The notes under the pieces: generated by a model
What the model saw: the letters and a program-made list of their open reading frames with translations, nothing else
Database searches by the model: none
What the model was told of the DNA's origin: nothing
Translations under genes and position numbers: made by a program
Part shown: positions 31,201 to 44,500 of the stretch, piece after piece
How the letters are laid out: each line of letters starts with the position of its first letter
Numbering within the stretch: the stretch's first letter is position 1
Assembly (NCBI GenBank): GCA_040954595.2
Contig: CM082581.2
Span: 8,781,778-8,845,777 of the forward strand
Direction of reading: 5' to 3'
Length of the DNA stretch: 64,000 bases
Origin: Balanoglossus misakiensis
Lineage: Eukaryota > Animalia > Hemichordata

Positions 31201-34200
31201 TGTGTTGAATAGTAGGCGGCTAGCTTAGTTACAATTTTCAATTGTGATTGATATTATCGATGTATTTGCTTCTCGGGATCTCAGCGAAGGTCACTGCACG
31301 GCGTTGCTGTCTGAATGCTTTTACAACTCACTGCATTTTCGTAATAATCTTTCACAGTCATCGTACATTTCTAACATCTCTTTCATTTGTCCACGCTATC
31401 TTTCCAACGATTTTCACACACCACGTAAACGTGCCCGAGGCAGTTCGTGTGAAACCCGGTCGCATCTGCATCACGACGTAAAATACGCCAGCAAAAAAAC
31501 GGGGCCTTCCATTTTGAATGGGGGGGGGGGGCACACATCTGCCATTCTACATTCCATTCTTGAATGGTCCAGTAAAATGACACTCGCTGCATAATTTAAC
31601 GCGATATTTCTATCAACAGAAGAAAAAGGGGACATTTTCATTTTTATCTGGCTATAGCGTATTTGTGGACATTTAGACTGTACAGTTTCAGGAGGCGATA
31701 TAATTAAACATGTAACGTGTACACATGCTGGTCACAAATGTCGTTTTGTCAAATATTACATGTGTATTTTAGGGGGATCATTTATATAGAATATTATTAT
31801 ATAGCGGCGGTATACAAAAAATCGTGCATAGGGCCTGTCCTGAAATATTAGCATACGTGAACAAAAACAATGAAAAGTGCTAGTTCCGTGAACATCAATT
31901 TAGGCAGTTTTTATTTCACTACATTTGATACGTTCTGTTTCACCCGAGGCTATCTACAAATCCATTAAATACTCTTTGAGTATAGCAGCAAAACAGAACA
32001 CAGACCTTGAAAACTGAAAGTAGCGCTGGACCGACACGACACGGCCAATTACTGCACGTGCTTGAAAAAATCAACTGAAGTATTAGTGTCTAGATTCATG
32101 CATTGACATCGCATATTAAATTCGGTTTGTGTGACATACTTTTCTATCGTAATGTCCCTTTGTATGGTGGTACATATGACTTGTTACATGTTATTCTTGT
32201 GTCAAGAGCGAGGGGAATTTTCTGGGATATGAAAGTCTGGCTGGGGATTATTTCCACTGCATAGTGTCATAGGTCACCGGGGTCAAGGCGGTTGATGTCT
32301 ATTTTTTAACGAACAAAGGTGCGTGTGTGCTTGACTGTTTACGTGCCTGAGAACTTTATTAAAATGTGTTCCAATACCTTGAGAATGATTGAAACAAAAT
32401 TGCCGCAAATTGGAAATCGAGTATATCGTATCTAGATAAAGAATAGCAGACACACGTGGCGAAAATTGATGAAAACATGCCTACACCTTCAGATAGAAGC
32501 TGGAATTTAATGATTGCGAACTCCATCATTCTGGTGTACACACCAACAAAACACGTTTTTGATATACAGGATAATGACCAAAATCGAATGTGTGCCACAA
32601 GGCAGACGTACTGTCGCCTATGGAATCTCTCCTTACTTAATGGGTGTCTTAAAACCACGAAGCTCTCTCTGTACATGTCTTTCTATAAAAGCAATGACGA
32701 TTCAGGGTATTTCACTGCAATCAAGCAATTGCCAATCCGAGCATCTTCAGGGCGTAAACTGACAACACCAATGGCAGGTTTTAACTTTGTTGCAACCGCT
32801 CAAGATCTGTATGGTGGGTGTGGTATTGCGTCTGCGCATGGCACCTTATGAGCAAGTTTCCAAAATCTTGGCATTAAATGCATTAACTTATTGTCCACCC
32901 AGCCCTGTCAATGTCATGCGGGCAACGACCTCTCGGTCAATGAATAGCCCAAGCGCGCAACAGTATAGCTTCAACAACCCCCGGGTTGTTTTTCTCTCTC
33001 TCCAAACACATCATCTCCCATTTCCAATAATTGCTTTCTTGAATGCATGCTAGGCTCTGACATCATTCCGTGGTGTGATTTCACAAGAGTCGCATTGGTA
33101 AGCTAAGCATTGTGAGATAATGAATTTTTTTATCGCTTCGCTATCCATACACTGTAGACCTTGAGATGTTGGGGTATTTTCTATACACGTATATTTCAAC
33201 ACAAAACAGTCTCCTAGATGTATTTGCATGGGAGTCTAGTTTATGACGTCCCTGTAGGTGAAACGTTGATGAATCTATTGCCGAATGCTTCATCAGTACA
33301 TCTATTCAAAAAGATATCAAAATTGAAAACGATTTGGCATTGCCAATATTGATTTCCCGAAGCCATATGCAATCGCGCTTCTTTGAATGCATTGTTGTGG
33401 TACCTCTTGAATTAATCCCGCCATTACAGGTCGTGAAACATCAACAATATGGCCAAACAAGGAAAATAATACTTCTTTGATCAGTTACACGGTGATCAGG
33501 CGTCTTGAAAAAAGTAATGTTTCAATTATCAATAGCCTTGGCAGGCATGGAACGCGTATCAGCCTAATGCGTTGTTAGAACCGTTCAGTCCGTAATTTGT
33601 GATAATTATAGCATTGCTAGCACACTCTCAGTATAATCACAAACCGATATTGTGGTAGCGACTAAAGGTTCATGAACTTTCATAAAGGGCAACATGCATG
33701 ATTTTCAGTAAGTTTAGTAAAATCAAGAAAACATATATTAATTGTCGAATACATGTGCTTCAGGCGGCAATTCCAGTTTGTGGAATCCCCACTCGTTTTA
33801 ATTTTGTTTAGGTTAAATATGGAAATGCCTTTTTGCCACTGGCAGGCCCGGACCTTGCAATGTCAAGTTGCAAGTCGACAGATTCTCGCCATATCGGCAA
33901 ACCTTACAAAGCCTTCCTTCGTTTCATAGACATGCCAAATGTTGACAAAAATCCACCGGCATTTGCGCCATGTCGAAATTGCGGCCGAGTGCTTGGTTAT
34001 TGAATCTTTCTCTGTATTTTTTTCTTTTCGCAATGACAACGCTAGAGTGTTCCACAAACTAATGAAACGGTTTTGGCTGTTAAGTCTTAATTGCAAGTGA
34101 ATCATAAAAAAGTCCGGGGGTTGTCGGGGCGATGTGTTATTGTGTTAGTTCTCAGCAACAAAGGCGCCAGTAAGTGGATATTTACCTGCGTGGAAATAAA

Positions 34201-37200
34201 TCAGATTCCAATCAAGAGGACTACTATCGGAGCCAGTAGCTGATTGCTTACGAAATACAGGATCAGAGTTGTCATAATATTTTACATTTGAAATTTTCGA
34301 GGGGATTAGAGAATTAATGAATGCCACCAGGAGAGTTTGCGCATTTGACGAAACAGCAAAGCAAGCACCGTTGGATTTAGTGCATACGTTCATCCCAGAC
34401 ACTACACTGTATGTGACTGCGTTTTGTGGTGGGGTGGTCGTTATGTGGTTTATTGCGGTTTTGTCCCATTGACGCAAAGACCTGAATTCATTGCTAATCC
34501 ACCGATTGCATGCAGAAAGTCGGAAAAAGGTTAACCATTAAATTGATTTCGGCGTTTATCGCCGACTCACGACCGTATAGCAGGCAAGAGTATTTCTTTA
34601 CATGCACAGACTGCCATGGCCGGCAGATCATTTCAGAAGGAAGGGCCCATTTTGTAAGCCGATAACGCCAAGGATATTCAGTCCATTAGGGGTTTGAATG
34701 TTGTTGTTGATTATCTTCCTAATCAGATCACAAAATAAGGCTCCGATGCCGGCGTTATGCAGCACAAGAAGATTGGAGTGTTTTATACGTGTAGTGTATA
34801 TATACCTGCGTCGAGTATCATTAGTGTAAGCGAATACGTGGGTATAGCTGCGAGTGATGACAATCGAAAGCCGGGGGGCCCGATCACTATCTTGGAGATG
34901 TCGATTGCTTGTCTTGCCACAAGGTAAAGGCCTTGTGTTGAACTTCACGCAAAATGTCAAATCGGAATCCGCCTCCGTGGAAGGCTGTTTTATAAATCTG
35001 CAATTTGCATTCAAGGCCCAAGTACATGTATTAAAGCCGGCGAGTCGCTACTGTTTGATATGTTCCCACCACCCGTGAGTAACGTAGCAATTTCAAAGCC
35101 CTTCCGGCATTTGGCCAGAATTTGATGAATTTTTCCAGATGCGACTGTGGCGTCTCAGTATATGTTAATACATGTAGTTTTATTCGCCAAAAACCTGAAA
35201 CTGTCGAATATCAATGCTTCAATTTGTCTGCGACAAAGCGCATGCGCCATATTTGTAACAAAGACGTTTTACATTTCAATAGACAGCATATAGGACTTTC
35301 GATAAGTATCCCAGAGTTAACACCTAAGGGACATGTGTGTAAATTTGCATGTCAACACATCGAGTATGTAACTGTTCATTCATTATCACCTGTACTGTTC
35401 TTGTTGGCACTGCAGTATGTAGGGCAGTGTTGATATCCTGACAGTCTATGTAAAACACGCTCTCGAGACGTGAACAACAAAGCGTACCTGGGAAACAGCA
35501 GAAAATACAGATACACTTCCTTGAACGACTCTTCTGGCAAACGACTGATGAAAACGGAAGCACCTGCTTCGTAAGAAATTCAAACAATTCCAAGGTGTGT
35601 TTTAATGAACGATGTCTCTGACTTGAAATCGATCACTCCACTGTGCATGTGTCATTTTCAAGTCCTTCATTTCATTTACGCAGTTTCTAATCATTGTTCT
35701 AAGCTGAACGGCTTCGCATTCATTCAGACGTCTGTGAAGACAGAGATAACACAGAAACGCTTTACAAATTTGGCATAACAACATTGGCCATGTCTTTATA
35801 TCAGGAATGGGGCCTTTTACCTCTCCGACAAAAAAGTCAAGACTAAATGCTACATATAATTAAGCCAGACGTTTATAGCTGGGGAAAACATTTGGCGAAC
35901 GTAGCCTATATATACGTGCCAGTCTCCCCCTACCACAGGAAATCCGGAGGTCACGATATTTTGCTTAATTGCAGCTAAACTATTGACGTATAAATTGTTC
36001 GGAAATAGGAACCACCGGTAATAGCTGCCTCTGAAATGCGCAATTGCCTGAAAGGCCAGTCAGTCACGGAAATGTCATCTCACATTTGATTAATATCTAA
36101 CTTGGCATTCGAAGTTGGCAACAACACCAAAAGGCCATCAGTTCATGACAATAAACTCGAAACCTAGCGTGTATAGCGATTACCGGCGCACAAAAGGCGT
36201 TATCCTCCTGTTTATTCATCGTATTCAGCATTTGGCGGTAAATTTACACCGGTAAATCGTGGGCTTCATATTTGTGGCCACCGCTGCACAATTTACCGTC
36301 TATTTTATTGTTGTTCATTTGGTTGTCGTGATTGCATGTTTTCGGCTGTTGTACTTCATGTACAATATCACAAATGCTGACGGAGTGATGACCTGGCAAG
36401 TTTAACGTTTTGATAAATGGAAGTTTTCAATCGAAGACTATAACTCAGTTGGTAAATGCCAGTCACGTCCCAGTTTGTGCACGACATTACACCCTAGGCC
36501 GAGCTGTCACGCGCGCTCACACCTGACATTGTACACAACCAACGACAATAAATGTTTAAGGGTAGATATTCGAACTTGATTTGTAAGGCGAGATTGAGGT
36601 TTGACGTATACGCATACGTCTAATACATATATCGCCACCCGGAGTTTAGTTTAAAGTAATACTTGCAGCCGATCAAAATTTATTTCAGTTGTCAATTTCG
36701 TTCCAACTTTGATGAATAGCAGTCCAATACGCATTCTCTAAGTGAAGCATCTGGTCATGAAGATGCAAAAAGGTCATCAGTCGGGTCCCGTGTTTGCGTG
36801 CATTGTTAAAACTAATGCACCTTGTCAGTAGCAACGATTTTTTAGAATCTGTGTTTTCATTATATGCCCAAATAATATAAAAGAGTTGGTTAGAACACAC
36901 ACACCTTGACTTATAGGTGATAAGATAGAATGAAAGTGCCGTGTTCAATATTCTCAGAACTCAAGACATTTCATAATGTCGAAGTAAGTGGTGGGTTTTT
37001 GCATTGAGCGCCCAGATGTCTGCGCTTACGTGCGGCCTATTTAGTAACGGTCATTACTCTCACGTGTTACCGTTGAAAACACGACGACATATATTATTCC
37101 AGTGCAGAGTAAAAAGGGTAAGGAAGATGCATCGAATTATGGAAATGGACGGCGTCCGTCTAATCGGATTATTCCTGTCGGGCCGACGAGATCTACGGCG

Positions 37201-40200
37201 TAATACGGCGTGACAGACAGGGGCAGGCACTCAGCCGCAACTGTAAGTTTGTGCGGATCGCTCAAAGGGTTGGCAAGGGTTTACGTTAAACGGACTGAGT
37301 GGATATGAATTTGCGTTTCGACGTCTTTCGTCTATTTCAAAGTATTGGCGGGTGTAATCTCAGAGTCACGATTGGCAACGATGTGCTGGCAGATCTGTCT
37401 CCGTATCTCCCGCGACACACAGTTTATGCCTTGTTCTTACAGGGTATCAAACTATACTAACACGAGGAATAAAATAGCCATCAAATTTAAGATGTCCACA
37501 AACGAAAAAAAATAAACCATTTCCACGTTTCACAGGTAAATTTTAAATGTAGTGAAAAAAGGTCTTTACCCGTTTCTGCAAATATCAACAACCACTATAA
37601 AAGCAGTACACGACGCGTGATAGCAATTACGGGGAAAACCTTCTTTTAGGTCAAGGCTATGTACCGGATAGCTTTACCACAGTAAATTAAATTTCTTGCG
37701 ACCATTTATTGTATACTTTGTGACTTATTGCCAATCACAGATAATCATCGAATTTTCTCACAGTGTTTACACCGTGCAAGCAAGGAAGCATAATCTAGAA
37801 CAGCTTAGCGTAGCGTACAGTGTCGTGACACGGAAGCGGCCCCCACTGTGCGGTGCCGTCATTTATCGTCGGAGTCTCTCCGGTTTCATCATACCTCTCA
37901 CGCTGACAATGCATCACAGTTTCCCCGCGGTGCTCGACTATCTCATTCGCCGATCAAGCGCACAATGACGCAATTGCGGGACGCTTCCTCTCCCGTGATG
38001 CTTTGCAGTCACGCAACAAAGGCGTTGCCTTTCGATTTCGACGGCGATTTTAATTCATTTCGACTGATTGAGTATTCGCCGAGTTTTATCACTAATATCT
38101 AACTTTTTTTTGGAATTTGACGAATCGGTTCCATTTGTGCGTTGCTGGTTCACTTTGAGATAACACATTTGTATGAAGTGTATTTGGAGCAATCATAAAA
38201 CACGATAAATCACACATTTCTGAGTAAATTAGTATTTTAGGGTTTTTTCCAATCCTAGAATGAGAAGGGTACTATTCAATGTCATATTTCACCATTATGA
38301 CTTGTTAATCGCCGCCATCAACCTTCATATCTCAGCCCTATGTACAAACCTCATACCACACCGAGACCCATGGGCCTATTTGCTGCACTTTTGAAACTGT
38401 TATTAAGAGCTATGGCAAGCGCCGTCATAAGCGAACAATTGTGGTGGTGGCCTTACGTACTGACGTTTGTATGTGGGATGTCTTATTATAGAAAAAATGT
38501 TTCCACAAAATTCGTCTAACGGCTATTGCCTGTATGATAATATATATATATATACATGCCGTGTGGGTTTTCAAATCCGTTTGTTCTGCACACATGACGC
38601 CCATCCTCGTTCCCACGAGTCGTTTAATTCTCACGATCGGACTTCTGCACGACACGAAAACAAGAATGCGTTTTACATTGAAATTGAGATATATTTAAAT
38701 CGTCCCCCGAGGAGACGCACTACTACGATGAATATTGCCTTATTACGTTAGTAACGAACCGGTAGTTGGAAGTCTTAAAAGCAGGATAGCAGATCCGCGT
38801 CTAGTCTAATTTTAGGACTTCGTGGGCACATAGACGGACATCGTTTTTATTCCGAGTAAAAAAAGGTCCGTTTTTACGAGAGACGGTGTGTTTGATGGAC
38901 CAAAGCTGTTGTGTTTAAACTGAACATTATCACCAGAAATACCGAGAGATTTATGAAGTCATAAAGGAACAGTTTCGATGTCAATGATTTCACGCGTCAT
39001 AGAAATCTATTATAGTTTGAAGAGCGCAAAGCCGCCATGTATCCAGCTGAAATACAATTAAAATGACAGCATTCAATCGGAGCTGAATAGCTTTTCATAG
39101 ACTTAGGGATTTTCCAAATGAGACAACTTGTAAGTTTATTATGTCAACTTGTGTGCTTTACGGGATTCGAAATCGGAGCCGCGGGATTCACGCAGTTACG
39201 ATTATTATACTCCTGAAGGCAGAATGATGAAATTAATAGAGAAGCGTTCTATGTCAGAGGATGTAAAAGTAAGATGATTAGACATCAAAGGAGAACGCTC
39301 TTTTTGTGGAGATGCCTGTAGTTTCAATCTATCTTTTGTTTAACAGTTGAAGTGAAAGTTTTTTTGACTTTTTAAGTTTTGCTAATCGTGTTGGTAAGGA
39401 CGTCATCTGAGATTTCTGGTTTTTGACAACTATCGTGAGGCGGGGGGGGGGGCTTATATGTATATCTGGCTAGTCAATAATGTGGTAGCTTTGACGGAAG
39501 TATTCATATAATGCTTGCCTGCTATCTAGATTGCAGTGTGTCGCCTTGAAACACTGTGATAACTGCAGCAGATTCGGTTAAGCCGGGAAGCGTGTCTACA
39601 ACGGTGATGCCATAAAGATATGTAGTAAATCATCTCTTCTCGACCATCCGTCCCTACACATTTTGTTGCGCGCGGATTGTCAGGCATTCAACCATAGCAT
39701 CTCAATGTCAAGGGCTGTCGTCATGCATGACGGATATCTCTTCCGATACCAATCTTGGCGCCAAACTACACTGCTGGGATTCAAGTTGTAAAATATAGAT
39801 TATTGTAATCTCGGAAGATCATGTGAAACATAAAAACCGTATGTTACGCCCCAGTTTCCTGTCTTAAATACATACATGTATGTAGCTTCGTTGCCATAAA
39901 AATTGTCTGTAGTCTTTCTTCTTGTACATTTCTTCCCAATTTCGCATATAACAAGAAAAACAAAACCACAAATCATATTTTAACGCCTCCCATATGACCC
40001 TATTTCCTGCGTTTGTCGGAACGACAGCTTTGGCCGAAAATTACACTCCGGCAAATCGTTTGCATATTTTTCGCAGAAATTTATCGAATTTTAAATGGCA
40101 AAGGCGTCGTAAAAGCACGGGTCCCCAAGAAAAGCACGTACAGGGGCCGTGAAGATATAGCTTCTGTATACACATGTTGCAAAAAAGAATACGTGTATGT

Positions 40201-41232
40201 TTGGGCGGATAATGATAGAATTCCCTTCAGATGCGTTCATCTTTACCTACATTATTAGAACCGGCAAACAATGTCGCACGACACAAAAACATTACTTTCC
40301 CCACAGAAAACTATTAGTGAAAATAGCTTTTGTGCATGCGAGAGTTAATAAACATCGATGACATCAAACAATTACCGGTGACTTGATTCGTGACAAGGGG
40401 GAAAACATGGTATAATTACGCGACTATTTATATCATAGTGATTCTATCAGGGAATTTAATGAGGTGGTTTCTGACAAAGGACAACATCTGCTTGGCAACT
40501 CGACTTTTTTTAGCGCAAATTAGAGCGCATGGTTCGGATGAGGCATCATGAGAGAGCGGATGCAACTGGTGCTTTTAAGTGCGGTCCTTAATAAGGCATC
40601 TTCTGATGTTCGCATGGGTATTTAATTCAGAATTTCTAGAAAAATGTTATATTAATCGAGATATAGAAAAAATGGTATTTTCTGCACCCTATCATATACA
40701 TGTAAACCGTTTGATTGTATTCGAGCAGTCATAGTAATCACAGTTGTGTGTCGCGGATTCATGATTGTCCCGCGGACTAGTTTTGTTTACTTTCTATAGG
40801 TACCGGACACGATTTGTGTAATCATCTTCTTTGAGTGCGTTGTGACCTCTTTCAAGGGAAGAAAATGTTGCTTTCACTGGCTGACAAAACGCTGTGTTCA
40901 GACGAAACACTCGAATAAACAATGGGAAATGGTTGTTTGCCCCAACAGGGCTGTGAATCAATAGTTACGGGCTGTATAGCATAATTCACACGTCGTGAAT
41001 GCCATTTTCACGACCCTCGACGAATGTAGTAATCGATAATCCAAGACATAAACGATAAGCCCGAGTAACAGTGCAGTCGACCTCAAAGCACAAAGTAAGC
41101 ATATTATATAAAAGGTCATATACAGTCAAATCCGTGGGGAAAGTAATACGTGGCCCGCAAGGTGTATGACCGAGAAACGTATACGTTTGAAATCGCATAC
41201 TGGACTTTTTTTAAGGTTTGCAATGAAATAGA

Positions 41233-41530
41233 TCAATATAGCTCTGTTGTTGTAATATAAGAAGGAGAAAACAGCTGGAACAAAGATTCGTTGCTAAGGA
41301 TAGGAAGGCGTCTTCGATCTCCCTGAACGTGAAATTCAAATTTTTGGAACCTGAGTATTTTGTTTTGATCCCAGTCGGAAGATATCGGCATTGTTCGGTT
41401 ATAGAAATAAGCCAGTATACATGAGGTTACATTACTTCCCACTGGAATTCCAGTTCCTTGTTTTGAAAATGCATCCGACAGGCACACATGGTGCATATTG
41501 GGAATTTCCTTTAGAACATACTCTGTACGT
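41233..41530 (-). pseudogene. Decayed Penelope-like retroelement reverse-transcriptase fragment
   Basis: The minus strand gives FSKQGTGIPVGSNVTSCILAYFY (compare PLE RT Q..GIPMG.N.AP.LA.LFL). After a frameshift it gives KNLNFTFREIEDAFLSL (compare FNFTFRYIDDVLSL). Motif order and spacing fit; the catalytic YIDD is degraded. Confidence 0.6.
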
Positions 41531-44500
41531 GGGTTTAATAAGTAAATGATGTATCCCACTGCAACCGCTGATGCTATATTCCGACACATGCCAAAATAAA
41601 CATCTGTCGTCATAAAATTTGTGATATTTTCATAGATGATCTTTAATGTGGACTGTACCAAATGAATGCATTAATGTACATACATTGTACGGTATATGCT
41701 GCACACGTAATATATTGTCCTCGCTTCACGATGCTCTTTCCATTGTCAAATTTCACTCACCCTGTCAGCTATCTATTTATCTCGTCATTTCGCTTCATTT
41801 TCATTCTGGCCTAACCTCTGATCTTTTTTTGTTTGTATTTTGCCGCGTTATCCGTTGATCTGTCGCCGGCCCTGTCTTTCCCCCACACACACTCTCACGC
41901 GTGCGATAAATTGGAACGATAGGGCTCGCCGAGAACGTAATTAGGCCCTACCTTCAAACAAGTCGCGGTGACTATTACAACAATGATCTGTTTCGTCGGA
42001 AAGATAAAAAACCGCATAAATGTATTCCCTTACACGCAGTCTACAACCACGGGGTTAATCCGCGCAACATCCAAAAATCGATTTTCACTTTGATATCTCA
42101 TTTATTACCTTGTTATTTTGAACGTAAAAGGGACACGACTTGTTTTCTTACGTTTGTAGACATAATCCTACGTATTCAACTACGACTTCTCGATTAATCG
42201 ACACAACAGGATATTGGCAAATAAACTGTCCAATTTGCATAATGGGAAGGGTTGAGGACCTTTTCACAAACTTTGTTGCAGCCGCAAGTTGCATGCATCA
42301 TGTGCGTCTGGCTGAACATATAGCAGGAAAATCGACCTTTGTTGACGTCACTTTATTAGTATGGTGCAAGGACTATTTTGACAGTTGGGAGAATTTTGTA
42401 ACCCACGAAATAAGTTTCTTTCCCGTTTCACCGTCTTTAGAATTTGTTAATTGAATTCTCTGAATGCTTGCATTAAGCGTTGCGGTCACGCTCAATTCAC
42501 TCAGAAACCAAGCTTTATCTGATTGTGGAAATGGGTCCAATGGTGCATGCGAAGCCAACGCTCTGAAGGCCGCGGCAGCAGTATAGAACGGTGATGGCGC
42601 TGTTGACGCGCAGCCTGTCACTTCATAGGCACATTCTTCTGTCTTTCAGAAGGCAGCATACTCTATTTCTGAACGCAGAAGACCCAAATATAACCCGGGA
42701 TTTGCAGAATAGCGATATGACAATATTCACCCGGACGACATTCAATTAAAAGTGTACCGACATCCCGCTCCGAGTCCGTGATCACCGTGGGCTTATCTCA
42801 GCCACATTCATTACTAGCAAAAATGACTTGCGCGTGACCTTGTCAAGTTTGACACGTCTCCTATTGATAATGGCTCGCAACCACTTATCGTGGCTATTAT
42901 TTTCACCTTATTTCCACAAAACACTATCCTGATTGACAGGGTTTTGATCGCGAAGTCATTCAGAGCTGTTTATGATTCATTCGGGATCTGTTTCTCAAAG
43001 TAAAATAGGGACATTTTGGCAAGCAAATCTGACACAGAATATGTATGTAGCTTACTATGCGGTTTTTCTGACTTGATCAAGTACATCGAATTTCTTTTTT
43101 GGCGTGCGTCAGAAAAAAGTTAACCAGCAGATACACCTGATGTGGTAATTTAGGTTCGTCCCATGCACATTCATCGGTTCCCCTGTCTGTATACAATGTA
43201 CACCTCCCAGCGTGTCCGCTTTTGGTAGAGCAGACATTGCACATGCTGATTGTTTTTTTATCAGACACACAGCTTTGCTGTTGAGAACCTTTAAATTATC
43301 AGGTTGCTGGCGAGACTGACTTGTACATGTATCTATACACTCAAGCTCTTCTGTGGCAGTTACCATGGTTTCACGATAGGTATGGCGTATCTGTTAGCCG
43401 AATGATACCAGATGTCTTTGGTGATAGTGGTATCATTATATTGAGAATGTGACCACTCGCGATTTTGACATTAGATAGATAGATGTCTGATAGGCAGGTT
43501 GGTGGCAGGTGCTTCGTGTGGAGCATGGTTTGCTCATACTTTTCGGAAAACCTTGAAACACTTCCTTGATATACTAGGGAAGTCCAAATATCTTTCAGGA
43601 CCGACTGATACTTTTAATACAAGCATAAGAAGACCATACATGTATAACCAATGAGAAAAGTGCATGCGTAGTAGTTATCAGGAGGTTTAGCTCATTTGTA
43701 ATGTTAAAAGTAGATGGCAATGTTAGAACAAGCGTCGAATAATGGTCAACTGTACTTAGCACTCATAGAGGATAATAATTCGATCATACATTATGTAAAA
43801 ATATCCGGTCACAGGAAAAGCAAAGCATCCGGTTTTTTATCTGTGCTGAAAACCGGCTGTTCATGTAGACCGCTTACATAGAGGTATCTTGCAGTGAATC
43901 GCACGACATAAAATATGTTCCCTTATCGTGCGTTTTACTTCTACTTTCAGTAATTATTCCTGAAAAAATAAATGCTAGAAGGCTGGTAGCCAAATTAATA
44001 ATTCTTACAGTGACATGTTTGATCTGGATACAACGTGATCCTGTCATGTTGCTTAATACATGTACATGCTCTCGGGATACATGTTATCAGAAATAATTAA
44101 AATTAATATCACCAGAGTTTTCAACAGAATTACGTGCCAAACAGTGTATGGGAATAGCTTATCGTTTGATTTCTAGAAGGGATTCATGTCCCGCTGCGAT
44201 GCGCGTATCTTGCGATAAAGATCCCAATATCCTAAGCGCGCTTTTCCCCGCCATGGAAGTAAAGCCTTGGGTGATATGGTCGTGGGAAGCTTTCAGACAG
44301 TCGATTCAGACGATAGGCGCCAGATGTCTATAGTTTGATTGATTCGTGTAGGTAAAATCGTCTTCTGTCGTATGAGTAGATAGGAATTTGACAACGACAA
44401 CGCGCCGCACAATGGATGTTTACGAACAATGTGAAAACCGATTGCAAATCTATACCCACTGTCACACGTACACGTACATGTACATGTACATGTGCGTTTC

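Noticed and set aside
35521-35585. Hammerhead-like CTGATGA..stem..GAAA
   Set aside because: Extra unpaired AA on both sides of stem II, no UH cleavage triplet and no stem I.
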